Part shown: piece after piece, positions 9,391 to 17,995 of the stretch
Layout of the letters: each line of letters begins with the position of its first letter
Numbering within the stretch: the stretch's first letter is position 1
Origin: SAR86 cluster bacterium AG-422-E19
GTDB taxonomy: Bacteria; Pseudomonadota; Gammaproteobacteria; Magnimaribacterales; AG-339-G14
Length of the DNA: 64,000 nt
Assembly (NCBI GenBank): GCA_003213595.1
Contig: QCMR01000002.1
Location: 64,015-128,014, forward strand
Reading direction: 5' to 3'
Position numbers and translations under genes: made by a program
The notes under the pieces: model-generated
Told to the model about the DNA's origin: nothing
Seen by the model: the letters and a program-made list of their open reading frames with translations, nothing else
Database searches by the model: none

Positions 9391-10182
9391 ATGGAACCTA
9401 AAGTTACTATCGCGATAAATGCCGCTAGACTGGCTGCAAAAGAAATACATAAATTTTCTCGTCGCAGAGATAAGATAAATGTTTTTGAAAAAGGGCCTAC
9501 TGACTTTGTAACTCAAGTAGATAGTATTGCAGAGAACATAATAATAGATACATTGAAGACCTCTTTTCCTGACCATTCTTTTGAGGGAGAAGAATCTGGT
9601 CATCAAGGAAATAAGAATGCTGATTATCACTGGATAATAGATCCCTTAGACGGAACCACAAACTTCATTCATGATTTTCCCTTTTACTCCATCTCGATTG
9701 CATGCTTCTACAAAGGATCGATAGAACATGGTTTGATTTATGATCTTTCTCGTGATGATGAGTATTATGCTTCAAAAGGGAAAGGTGCTTTTTGTAACAA
9801 AACTAGAATAAGAGTTTCAGAGATTAAAGGATTAAAAAACTCTTTAATATGCAATTCTTTTCATGGGGGTCCAGACTTAGAGCCTAAATTTGATCAACTT
9901 ACTCTTATACGAAATCTTTATGCTAATTCATTAACTCTTCGTAGAACTGGATCAACAGCTTTAGATCTTGCCTTTGTTGCTTCAGGGAAACTTGATGCCT
10001 TTTTAGGATATGGAATGAAAGTTTGGGATTTTGCAGCTGGAGCTCTATTGGTCAGAGAAGCTGGAGGTTTCATCAATGACTTTAATGAAGAAGAAGACGT
10101 ATTCTCTACGCACAGCATAGTGGCTGGAAACATGGCATGTGTGAAAGCCATTAACAAAGAAATAAAAAAATCTTTAGTTTAA
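9391..10182 (+). CDS. suhB: inositol monophosphatase family protein
   Basis: Motifs WIIDPLDGTTNF and WDFAAG are present. Length and synteny with trmJ both fit. Confidence 0.9.
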   Translation: MEPKVTIAINAARLAAKEIHKFSRRRDKINVFEKGPTDFVTQVDSIAENIIIDTLKTSFPDHSFEGEESGHQGNKNADYHWIIDPLDGTTNFIHDFPFYSISIACFYKGSIEHGLIYDLSRDDEYYASKGKGAFCNKTRIRVSEIKGLKNSLICNSFHGGPDLEPKFDQLTLIRNLYANSLTLRRTGSTALDLAFVASGKLDAFLGYGMKVWDFAAGALLVREAGGFINDFNEEEDVFSTHSIVAGNMACVKAINKEIKKSLV

Positions 10183-10186
10183 AATA

Positions 10187-10216
10187 TTTACAAAATCCAT
10201 TATTTTTTGATAAAAT
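10187..10216 (+). promoter_or_regulatory. sigma70-like promoter with extended -10
   Basis: TTTACA (10187-10192), an 18-nt spacer, then TGaTAAAAT (10208-10216). It lies just after the suhB stop. Confidence 0.4.
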
Positions 10217-10222
10217 GCACAT

Positions 10223-10420
10223 TAATCGTTCATTCAATGCCTTTTTTTAGTGCATTGAACGGAAGTAGGAAGATAGGAAAACCTCTTTCTACACAACGTG
10301 TAGAAAGGCTAGCAAGTACCTTTAATGGGAACGAGACCGAATATCTACCGAAGGAACGCGTTACGAGGGTGTATGCCGTGAGGCACATGAAACATAATCG
10401 AAACGAAAACTGGAGGCGAT
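10223..10420 (+). other. structured ~200-nt 5' leader or ncRNA of unknown class
   Basis: Three hairpins: ttcaatgc/gcattgaa (10233-10259), a perfect 10-bp ctttctacac/gtgtagaaag (10285-10307), and tgcc-GTGA-ggca with a GNRA loop (10374-10385). I recognised no known riboswitch core. Confidence 0.35.
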
Positions 10421-10585
10421 ATGTCTACTTACAGAGGTATCAAAGTCACTGAAAACAACCTTCACGTTGAGAACAAAAATACTCAACCGGGCGTTTACAG
10501 AGGCGTAAAGCATGATGCTATAGAGTCAGATAAGTCAGAAAAGTTACAAAACGGTGTTTACCGTGGTGTAAAACATTCTGCTTAA
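10421..10585 (+). CDS. 54-aa hydrophilic micro-protein with three YRG(I/V)K repeats
   Basis: GGAGG (10412-10416) lies 4 nt before the ATG. Translation: MSTYRGIKVTENNLHVENKNTQPGVYRGVKHDAIESDKSEKLQNGVYRGVKHSA, with a TAA stop at 10583-10585. A strong terminator follows. The ORF is below the track's size cutoff. Confidence 0.5.
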   Translation: MSTYRGIKVTENNLHVENKNTQPGVYRGVKHDAIESDKSEKLQNGVYRGVKHSA

Positions 10586-10607
10586 TTGAGAAATAGTTGA
10601 AAATTTA

Positions 10608-10635
10608 GGGAGGTCTTCGGGCCTCCCTTTTTTTT
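10608..10635. terminator. rho-independent terminator, UUCG tetraloop, shared with convergent secF
   Basis: gggaggtc-ttcg-ggcctccc followed by T8. On the other strand it sits directly after the secF stop. Confidence 0.8.
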
Positions 10636-11533
10636 ATGGCATACCGTCATCATAAGTTTCACTTTTTTTGATTGCTAAATCCTCAAAATTTAAATTCATC
10701 AAAATTAAGTTATTACAAAGAACGTAAATTGATGAATAAGTACCAACAATGACGCCACAAATCAAAGCGATAGCAAAATTCTGAATGAAATCTCCTCCTA
10801 AAATAAGTAGTGCAAATAAAACCAATAAAGTTGTTAAAGAGGTGATTAGAGTTCTTCCTAACATCTGATTTAGAGATCTATTGATGACATCAACGTTATC
10901 TGATTTTCTCTTCTTTCGATAATTCTCTCTTATTCGATCCGAAACTACTATCGTATCGTTAAGAGAGTAACCGATAACTGCCAATATGGCCGCTAGTACC
11001 GTCAAGTTAAAACCTATATAAAATATCGAGAAAAAACCTAATACTATCAACACATCGTGTATCAGAGCTAGGAGAGCGCCGATGGCAAACTTGAATTGAA
11101 ACCGAAACATGATGTAGACCATCATTACCAACATCGCTGCAAGTATCCCTAAACCTCCTTGATCACGTAATTCTTCACCTATTTGCGGACCGATGAAATC
11201 TTTGCGCCTCAAATCAAACTGAAATGAGTTTTTCAGTGCAGTTACTATCTCATCAGATAAATTATTTTCTGAGCCTCCTGGAATCTTAATCAGAATATCT
11301 TGCTCTGAACCAAAATAAGAAACCTGAAAATCGTCTTCTAATTTAGAGCCAAGCACTTCTCTAATTTCTTCTAGGTTGGTTGATTGCGATAACTTTATCT
11401 CAATTAAAGTGCCGCCGGTAAAATCCAATCCAGCATTCAATCCTTTAAAAGAAAGCGAAAAAATTGAAAGGACGACCATTAAAATTGATAGCACTGAGGC
11501 TATCTTTCTGGGTCGCATGAAGTTTATTTGCAT
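10634..11533 (-). CDS. secF: protein translocase subunit SecF
   Basis: SecD/SecF family transmembrane pattern. It sits immediately downstream of secD. Confidence 0.95.
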   Translation of the reverse strand: MQINFMRPRKIASVLSILMVVLSIFSLSFKGLNAGLDFTGGTLIEIKLSQSTNLEEIREVLGSKLEDDFQVSYFGSEQDILIKIPGGSENNLSDEIVTALKNSFQFDLRRKDFIGPQIGEELRDQGGLGILAAMLVMMVYIMFRFQFKFAIGALLALIHDVLIVLGFFSIFYIGFNLTVLAAILAVIGYSLNDTIVVSDRIRENYRKKRKSDNVDVINRSLNQMLGRTLITSLTTLLVLFALLILGGDFIQNFAIALICGVIVGTYSSIYVLCNNLILMNLNFEDLAIKKSETYDDGMP

Positions 11534-11534
11534 T

Positions 11535-13355
11535 TTATATCCAGAGCGTATCGAGATGTTTTCGATTTCGATAAATTAACCAAACTAAAAATCTAGTAAC
11601 TAAGATAGCAGTAAACATCGAGGTCAAAATTCCAACCGATAAGGTTATTGCAAAGCCTTGAACCGGCCCTGTGCCAATCGTATAAAGAATTAGTGCTACG
11701 ATTAAAGTAGTTAAATTTGCATCTACAATAGTTATATAGGCACGATCATATCCAGCATTTATTGCATCTAAAGGTTTAAGTCTATTTTTCAATTCTTCTT
11801 TGATTCTGGAGAAAATTAAGACATTTGCATCTACTGCCATTCCAATTGTTAAAACAATTCCTGCAATACCAGGTAACGTTAAGGTTGCTGATAAAATTGA
11901 CATAATGGCGCTAATCAAAACAATGTTTAAAGCGACTGCAATATTGGCAATGACGCCAAAAACTTTGTAGTAAAAAATCATAAAAATAAGAACTAAAGAT
12001 AAGCCAAGAACTAAAGATTGCACCCCAACGCGAATATTATCAGCCCCTAAAGATGGACCAACTGTACCTTCTTCAACAAAATTCATTGGTGCAGCTAACG
12101 CCCCTGCTCTCAAAAGCAAAGCCAATTCAGAGGCTGCATTGGGACTATCTAAGCCGGTTATTCTAAATTGGTTTGCAAGAGCAGATTGAATGGTTGCTAA
12201 GCTGATGATTCTTTTATCAAAGTAACTTTCAATTTCATCACTGATATTGGATGTTTTGATTTTGCGTTCAACAAAAATTACTGCCATCTTTCTGCCCACG
12301 TTGTTTCTGGTTGAACGATGCATTTTTGTTCCACCCTCGCCGTCTAGAGAAATGTTTACTTGTGGGAACCCGCTTTCGTCATAGCCAACGCTGGCATCTG
12401 CTACTTTATCGCCTGTAATTATGACCTGCTTCAATAACCTCACACGTTGTCCGGAGAAATCAAATTGATCTGTTCTAGATAATAAACTGTTGGATTCAGC
12501 CTCGAGACGAAACTCTAAATTAGCAGTTTTTCCTATGATTTTTTTGGCTTCAGCAGTATCTTGGACGCCTGGCAGTTGAACAGAAATTCTATTTTTTCCC
12601 TGACGAACTACGACAGGCTCAGAGATTCCAAGCTCATTGACTCTATTTCTAAGAGTTACTAAATTTTGGGAAACTGCGTAATCGATTAAATCATCGAGGC
12701 CTTGCTCGTTGTACTCAACGATAAATTGGTTATTGCCCTGCTTTTTATACTCAAGATCTATGTTGCTTTTTAGATAATCGTCTAACTGATCTGTAGCATC
12801 CGATCTGGTAGTGAAAATTATTCTGTTATCGGCAATTTCAGAACGACTAATTCCAATTCTTTCTTCTCTGAGTTTTCTTTTGATATCAGCCAAATAGGAT
12901 TCTAAGCGAGTTGAAATTAGCAACTCGGAGTCTACTTCCATTAAAAAATGAACTCCCCCCCTAAGATCTAAGCCTAATTTCATTGGCGAAGCTTGAATAT
13001 CTGATAACCAGGCAGGAGTATTTGGAGCTAAGTTCAAAGCTATTACAAATTCTCTCTCTAAGTTTTGTTCTAGATATTCTTTGAGTTTAACTTGATCTTG
13101 ATAATTTTCTGCCTTAAATAAAATTGAGTCATATCCGTCAAGCTCTTCATTGAGATTGGAGGAGAAACTGATTTCTGTTTCTATTGCCAGTTGTTCGATT
13201 CGTTTCGCAATATTAGGAGATATTTTTCCCAAAGAGCTATCCAAAGTAATTTGAACTGCTGGACTTGGAGGATAAAAATTAGGTAAAGCATAAGTAATGC
13301 CAATGGTAATGACAAACAATATGATTACAATTTTCCAGAGCTGAAATCTGAGCAC
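11535..13355 (-). CDS. secD: protein translocase subunit SecD
   Basis: 606 aa with a large periplasmic domain and a C-terminal 6-TM SecDF core (LGLDLRGGVHF motif). Confidence 0.95.
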   Translation of the reverse strand: MLRFQLWKIVIILFVITIGITYALPNFYPPSPAVQITLDSSLGKISPNIAKRIEQLAIETEISFSSNLNEELDGYDSILFKAENYQDQVKLKEYLEQNLEREFVIALNLAPNTPAWLSDIQASPMKLGLDLRGGVHFLMEVDSELLISTRLESYLADIKRKLREERIGISRSEIADNRIIFTTRSDATDQLDDYLKSNIDLEYKKQGNNQFIVEYNEQGLDDLIDYAVSQNLVTLRNRVNELGISEPVVVRQGKNRISVQLPGVQDTAEAKKIIGKTANLEFRLEAESNSLLSRTDQFDFSGQRVRLLKQVIITGDKVADASVGYDESGFPQVNISLDGEGGTKMHRSTRNNVGRKMAVIFVERKIKTSNISDEIESYFDKRIISLATIQSALANQFRITGLDSPNAASELALLLRAGALAAPMNFVEEGTVGPSLGADNIRVGVQSLVLGLSLVLIFMIFYYKVFGVIANIAVALNIVLISAIMSILSATLTLPGIAGIVLTIGMAVDANVLIFSRIKEELKNRLKPLDAINAGYDRAYITIVDANLTTLIVALILYTIGTGPVQGFAITLSVGILTSMFTAILVTRFLVWLIYRNRKHLDTLWI

Positions 13356-13358
13356 TTT

Positions 13359-13673
13359 TTAGAGAGATTTAATTGTTCCTTTAGGCAAAACGTTACTTAC
13401 AGATTCTCGCTGGATTGTAAGAACTGTGTCATTAGCTCGAACGGTTAAAAAGTCATCATTCATCTTTGTAATTACACAGACCATACCTCCCGAAGCAATA
13501 ACTTCGTCTCCCACAGAGAGTGACTCAATCATTTCTTTTTGAGCTTTGAGCCTTTTGTTTTGCGGCCTTATGATTAAAAAATACATAATGGCGACAAAAC
13601 CAATTAACAAAATTAATTGCGGGCCAAAAAAACTTGGAGCTTGTTGGGCCATGACTATTTCGGTTTCTTTCAT
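13359..13673 (-). CDS. yajC: preprotein translocase subunit YajC
   Basis: Contains LILLIGFVAIMYFLIIRPQNKR. I set the start to the ATG at 13671-13673 behind AAGGAGA. The track's longer ORF runs into the tRNA-Leu gene. Confidence 0.9.
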   Translation of the reverse strand: MKETEIVMAQQAPSFFGPQLILLIGFVAIMYFLIIRPQNKRLKAQKEMIESLSVGDEVIASGGMVCVITKMNDDFLTVRANDTVLTIQRESVSNVLPKGTIKSL

Positions 13674-13687
13674 ATTAACTTCTCCTT

Positions 13688-13773
13688 TGGTGCCGGAGGA
13701 GAGACTCGAACTCTCACGCCTTGTGGGCACTCGATTTTGAATCGAACGCGTCTACCAATTCCGCCACTCCGGC
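13688..13773 (-). tRNA. tRNA-Leu (CAA)
   Basis: Reverse complement reads GCCGGAGTGGCGGAATTGGTAGACGCGTTCGATTCAAAATCGAGTGCCCACAAGGCGTGAGAGTTCGAGTCTCTCCTCCGGCACCA. It has a long variable arm and the anticodon loop TTCAAAA. Confidence 0.9.
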
Positions 13774-13858
13774 TATATTACAAGGTAAAATTCAAAAAAA
13801 ATAAGATTTGTTTTGTTAAAATTTGCATTTTATCACCATAAAGAAAGAATAACTTCTA

Positions 13859-16228
13859 ATGTTTAATTTTCTAATAAAAGCCAATCACGAAAGTGAATCG
13901 AAAAAAACAGAATTACTCCTAAAAAATGAAGATATTATCTACGCGCTTTCCTCAACCTCAAGAATAGATTATCAAGCTTTAAAAATCCTTACTAAGCAAA
14001 ATAATTTAACAGAACTTAAATTAAAAAATGAAAAATCTCCTATTAAGAAAAATTATTTTCAAATTAGAAATCCGAAAAGAAAATTTCCTTGGCAGACTCC
14101 AAAAAGGATGCATTCAAAAGAATTAGGCATCCTTGCTGAGAATCGAAATTTTTCAAAAAAAGCGATCATCATCCCAGTAGACATTTTTTGGGGAAAATCG
14201 CCAGAACGGCAAGATAACTGGCTCAAGCTTTTATTTAGAGAATCTTGGGAGGGAACCAGTTTTATTAGAAACTTATTCAAACTTTTTTTTAATGGCAGAA
14301 ATGTGAAAATATTTTTTCACAAACCTCTTGAAGTGGATGACATTTTCAATAGTCCCGAATCAGATAAAAATCTTGTTTTAAAAACTGAAAGGCTTTTGAG
14401 AGCTAGGTTCAGACAAAATCGAAAAGCTTACTTAGGGCCGGATATTTCCAACAGAAGAACATTGGTGACCAGTATTCTAAATTCTAATTCTATTAGAAAT
14501 TATATTGAATCTGAATCTGAGGGCAGTCAAAAAAAAATAACTAAATTACAAAAAAAAGCCAGTAAATATGTATGGGAAATTTGCTCGGATATGTCTTATC
14601 CATTTATTTATCTTTACGATAGAGCCCTAACTTGGTTTTGGAACTCGAGATATGAGAACTTGGAGGTATTAAATTTTGAAGAAATAAGAAAAATTGCGCC
14701 CAGCACCTCTCTAATTTTTTCACCTTGTCATCGTTCCCATATCGATTATCTAGCTTTATCTTATTTGCTTTACTACAAAGACTTAATGCTGCCACAAATT
14801 GTTGCTGGTAAAAATTTAAATCTTCCATTGGTAGGCCCACTCTTGAGAAAAGGAGGTGCTTTTTTTATGAGGCGCTCTTTTAGCAACAATCGTCTTTACT
14901 CTGTTGTGTTTTATGAGCATTTAAAAAAATTAATGCAAAGAGGACATTCGATAGAATTTTTTCCTGAAGGAGGAAGATCTAGATCGGGAAAATTAATGCC
15001 GCCAAGACCTGGAATTATTTCGATGATTCTAAGGTCCTTCTTAGGTATGGATGAAAAACAAGTTAGTTTCGTGCCAATTTCTATAAATTATGAAAAAGTC
15101 CTTGAAGGAAATTCTTATATTAACGAAGTAATGGGTGCAGAGAAGAAAAAAGAAAATTTAAAAGATATCTTTTCGGTATTTAGAGATTTCAGAAATTATC
15201 TTGGAGAGGCTTATTTGCAATTTGGAGAACCGATAAATTTGAATGCCCTTTTAAAAGAATATCCACTGGGTGACTACTCATCTGAGAAGGATTGGCTCTT
15301 TAAAGTTACTCCCGTTCTTGGTAAGAAAATCATGACTACTATCAACGATTCAACTGTTGTGACTTCTACTGCATTATTTTCTTTGGCAATTTTAAATAGT
15401 GATGGTTTCTCTATTTCAAATCGAGAACTTGTTTCAAGAATTGAATTATTAAAGTCTTTGCTTGAAAAGGATAAATATTCTGCCAAAACTTTGGTTTGTG
15501 AAAAAACCGGTAAAGAGATAATTGATCAAATGAGAAAGTTGGGTTTCCTTTCAAAGGAAGACATAAATGACAGAATTTCTTTGACAAATTTAGAGGCGGC
15601 TAAACTTAGCTTTTACAGAAATAATATTTCTCACCTGCTTATTTTTGAGTCATTAATATGCGGTTTTTTTCAGTACCAAAAAGAAATCGTTAAGGAAGAT
15701 TTATTGCAGTCCATAAAAATGATTTATCCCTTTTTGAAAGAAGAATTTTTTCTTAAATGGGATGAGGCTGATTTAGATCAATTAATTAACTTAAAGCTAA
15801 ACAAACTTATAAATAAAAATCTCATTATTGAAGATTCAAATGTTTACAAAAGACCTGATTTTAAATCGAAGGAATTTTATGAAACTCAATCGCTGGGAAA
15901 ACTTGTTCAACCATCCATTGATAGATTTTATGTTCTAATTTCTCAATTATGGAAAAATTCAGAAGAACATATTTCAAAAAATGAATTGGAAAGAAATTCT
16001 CTAGAAATACTTAAAAATTTAGAAAAAACTCAAGCAAGACTTACTCCAGAATTTTCTGAAAAATGGATGTTTGATGTTTTCTTAAATCGGTTAATAGAAA
16101 ATAAATATGTCCGCCAGGATGATAAGGGAATGCTTTATCCCACTAGAATTACTCAACGATTAGAAAAAGACGCCAATAAGTTTTTAGAGCCAAATTGGCT
16201 GAAAGAACTCTCCAAAAGTATTTCGTAA
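13859..16228 (+). CDS. plsB: glycerol-3-phosphate 1-O-acyltransferase
   Basis: Carries the H(X)4D motif CHRSHIDYL and FFPEGGRSRSGKL. The ~790-aa length is typical of PlsB. Confidence 0.9.
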   Translation: MFNFLIKANHESESKKTELLLKNEDIIYALSSTSRIDYQALKILTKQNNLTELKLKNEKSPIKKNYFQIRNPKRKFPWQTPKRMHSKELGILAENRNFSKKAIIIPVDIFWGKSPERQDNWLKLLFRESWEGTSFIRNLFKLFFNGRNVKIFFHKPLEVDDIFNSPESDKNLVLKTERLLRARFRQNRKAYLGPDISNRRTLVTSILNSNSIRNYIESESEGSQKKITKLQKKASKYVWEICSDMSYPFIYLYDRALTWFWNSRYENLEVLNFEEIRKIAPSTSLIFSPCHRSHIDYLALSYLLYYKDLMLPQIVAGKNLNLPLVGPLLRKGGAFFMRRSFSNNRLYSVVFYEHLKKLMQRGHSIEFFPEGGRSRSGKLMPPRPGIISMILRSFLGMDEKQVSFVPISINYEKVLEGNSYINEVMGAEKKKENLKDIFSVFRDFRNYLGEAYLQFGEPINLNALLKEYPLGDYSSEKDWLFKVTPVLGKKIMTTINDSTVVTSTALFSLAILNSDGFSISNRELVSRIELLKSLLEKDKYSAKTLVCEKTGKEIIDQMRKLGFLSKEDINDRISLTNLEAAKLSFYRNNISHLLIFESLICGFFQYQKEIVKEDLLQSIKMIYPFLKEEFFLKWDEADLDQLINLKLNKLINKNLIIEDSNVYKRPDFKSKEFYETQSLGKLVQPSIDRFYVLISQLWKNSEEHISKNELERNSLEILKNLEKTQARLTPEFSEKWMFDVFLNRLIENKYVRQDDKGMLYPTRITQRLEKDANKFLEPNWLKELSKSIS

Positions 16229-16231
16229 AGT

Positions 16232-16259
16232 CTTGAAAAAATAAAAAATACCTCCATAT
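16232..16259 (+). promoter_or_regulatory. sigma32 (heat-shock) promoter of ibpA
   Basis: CTTGAAA (16232-16238), a ~13-nt spacer, then CTCCATAT (16252-16259). The consensus is CTTGAAA-N13-14-CCCCATnT. Confidence 0.55.
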
Positions 16260-16331
16260 AAGCATTGAGAAAGATAGCTGTGATGGGATCTTTCCATAGG
16301 TTGACATGCTCGAATGAGGTGTCTTTTTATT

Positions 16332-16354
16332 AACTTGCTTTAATTTAAGGAGTT
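16332..16354 (+). promoter_or_regulatory. ROSE-like RNA thermometer hairpin occluding the ibpA SD
   Basis: AACUUGCU (16332-16339) pairs with AAGGAGUU (16347-16354), leaving the G of UUGCU bulged opposite the SD. This is the hallmark of ROSE-type ibpA thermometers. Confidence 0.55.
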
Positions 16355-16358
16355 TATT

Positions 16359-16805
16359 ATGAAAAATAGTTTATTAAATTTATCAGATCCTTTCTTCTCA
16401 ACAAGGTTTTTAGGATTCGACAGTTTGTTCGATTCATTGAGAACATTCAGCGAGATAGGAGAAGATTCAAGGTCTTATCCGCCTTACAATATCAAACGCG
16501 ACGCGAATGATATTACCATTGAGGTTGCAGTTGCGGGTCTTAGTGAAGACGATTTAACCGTAGAAACTAAGGAAAACAACTTGTGTATCACTCACGAAGG
16601 ATCTAAAAATTCTTCTGGAGAGGTCTTGCATCAAGGAATCGCTGCGAGAGCCTTTAAATTGCATTTTTCTCTTGCGCCTGAAGTTGTTGTAAAAACAGCT
16701 GATTTAAAAAATGGTTTATTAAAAATAAATCTAGAAAGGATTATTCCAGAGTCGGAAAAAGCAAAAGTTATTCAAATTAATTCAGGCGAATTAATTACAG
16801 AATAA
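16359..16805 (+). CDS. ibpA: small heat-shock protein, Hsp20/alpha-crystallin family
   Basis: Has the YPPYNI motif and an alpha-crystallin domain. It is preceded by heat-shock regulatory elements. Confidence 0.9.
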   Translation: MKNSLLNLSDPFFSTRFLGFDSLFDSLRTFSEIGEDSRSYPPYNIKRDANDITIEVAVAGLSEDDLTVETKENNLCITHEGSKNSSGEVLHQGIAARAFKLHFSLAPEVVVKTADLKNGLLKINLERIIPESEKAKVIQINSGELITE

Positions 16806-16817
16806 TCTCCTCTAAAA

Positions 16818-16840
16818 CATGCCGCCGTCAAGGCGGCATG
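16818..16840. terminator. GC-rich hairpin between convergent ibpA and the MazG-like gene
   Basis: catgccgcc-gtcaa-ggcggcatg. The flanking U-tracts are weak. Confidence 0.45.
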
Positions 16841-16842
16841 GA

Positions 16843-17211
16843 TTATAAACCCAAAGCTTTTTTGATGTTTGGTTTGAAATAAGTCTCCGGCTTCATAATT
16901 TTCCCAGCGTCATTTTTAATGAATTTTCCATCAACAAATTTACTCATATTTGAGCTTTTCACCTCTTCCCAAATCTTATCAAAATCTATGCCCGCACTAT
17001 TGCACATACCCATAATGACCCAAACCATATCTGCAAGACCATCAGCAACCTCAATCAAGTTTTCTTCATCAAATGCTTTCGCGGTCTCTTCAAACTCCTC
17101 TTTGATCAAACTCATATAAAGCTGAGTTTGCAAATTATTAAGATTAAGATCTGAAGCTATTTTTTGTTCTCCTAAAATCATAAAGTTAGATACATCTTTT
17201 TGATAATTCAT
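16843..17211 (-). CDS. MazG-like nucleotide pyrophosphohydrolase domain protein
   Basis: Carries an EExxE...DxxD helix pair (LIKEEFEET...EVADGLADMVWV), as in all-alpha NTP pyrophosphatases. Confidence 0.6.
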   Translation of the reverse strand: MNYQKDVSNFMILGEQKIASDLNLNNLQTQLYMSLIKEEFEETAKAFDEENLIEVADGLADMVWVIMGMCNSAGIDFDKIWEEVKSSNMSKFVDGKFIKNDAGKIMKPETYFKPNIKKALGL

Positions 17212-17981
17212 TCGCTCTCCTGGTCTACGGTAAATATATTATATTTAAATGCTTTGCCTTTTATAACACGGGATGGCTTTAAATTAATAAGCGAGCTCAT
17301 GTTGCTATGCAGAGCTGATTTGTAAATGATTTTCTTGAAATTGTTTTGCTTCAGTGACTTTTTAAATCTATTTAAATCAAATTCTTCAAAATCCAAATTT
17401 CTTAAAAATTGTATTTCTTTTTTGGCTCTTGCATCATTTTTTTGTTCAAACATTTGATCCAGATAGACAATCTCATGATCAAAATATTTTTTTATGAGAT
17501 CCAAAGAATCGCCATTAAGAAAATCTATTCGATTAATGGCATGTTGCAAATCTTTGTGCTTTGAGTTTTGCAGACATTGATTTGTAAATTCATACAGCCA
17601 AGATTTTTTCTCTATAGCAGTGACTGAATATCCGAGGAAACTTATTTCTAAAGCATCTATACAATATCCTGCGGTCAAATCAATCACCTTTCTCCCAATA
17701 TCTTTTTTGGAAAAACATTTCTTTAGTAAAGATGATTTAGACATAATTTTTTTAAAATCCATGTAATCAATGACAAAAGGTTTTGAGTTTTTTATTGCCA
17801 AATCTTGTAATGCAAGGTTTTTGGCTGACGCCCATATAACTTGCTTGTGTGTTTTGGAAATCCTTAAGTATCTTGGTGTGATTAATTCCAAGTCATGTTT
17901 GGAAGCAAATTGTTCTGCAAATCTGATTTCACTTTTCGAAAGATAGGATACAAATGGCTTTCTTTCTGTAAAATTATTCAT
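17208..17981 (-). CDS. rsmJ: class I SAM-dependent methyltransferase, RsmJ-like (16S rRNA m2G1516)
   Basis: VIDLTAGYCIDALEISFLGYSVTAIEK and VYLDQMF resemble RsmJ VxDATAGLGRDA and VYLDPMF. Confidence 0.6.
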   Translation of the reverse strand: MNNFTERKPFVSYLSKSEIRFAEQFASKHDLELITPRYLRISKTHKQVIWASAKNLALQDLAIKNSKPFVIDYMDFKKIMSKSSLLKKCFSKKDIGRKVIDLTAGYCIDALEISFLGYSVTAIEKKSWLYEFTNQCLQNSKHKDLQHAINRIDFLNGDSLDLIKKYFDHEIVYLDQMFEQKNDARAKKEIQFLRNLDFEEFDLNRFKKSLKQNNFKKIIYKSALHSNMSSLINLKPSRVIKGKAFKYNIFTVDQESE

Positions 17982-17995
17982 GTCAGTAAAAAACG

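Noticed and set aside
10340-10360. ACCGAAGGAAC resembling the glycine-riboswitch core
   Set aside because: The other conserved glycine-aptamer elements (GGAGAG, CUCAGGCAAAAGGAC, tandem architecture) are absent, and the downstream gene is unrelated to glycine metabolism.
10207-10452. 81-aa track ORF in the suhB-secF spacer
   Set aside because: It has no SD and an odd basic composition. It runs through the hairpins and overlaps the much better supported GGAGG-led 54-codon ORF in another frame.
16843-17211. MazG-like gene as a prophage remnant
   Set aside because: No other phage-like genes are nearby. It overlaps and is probably co-transcribed with a housekeeping rRNA methyltransferase.
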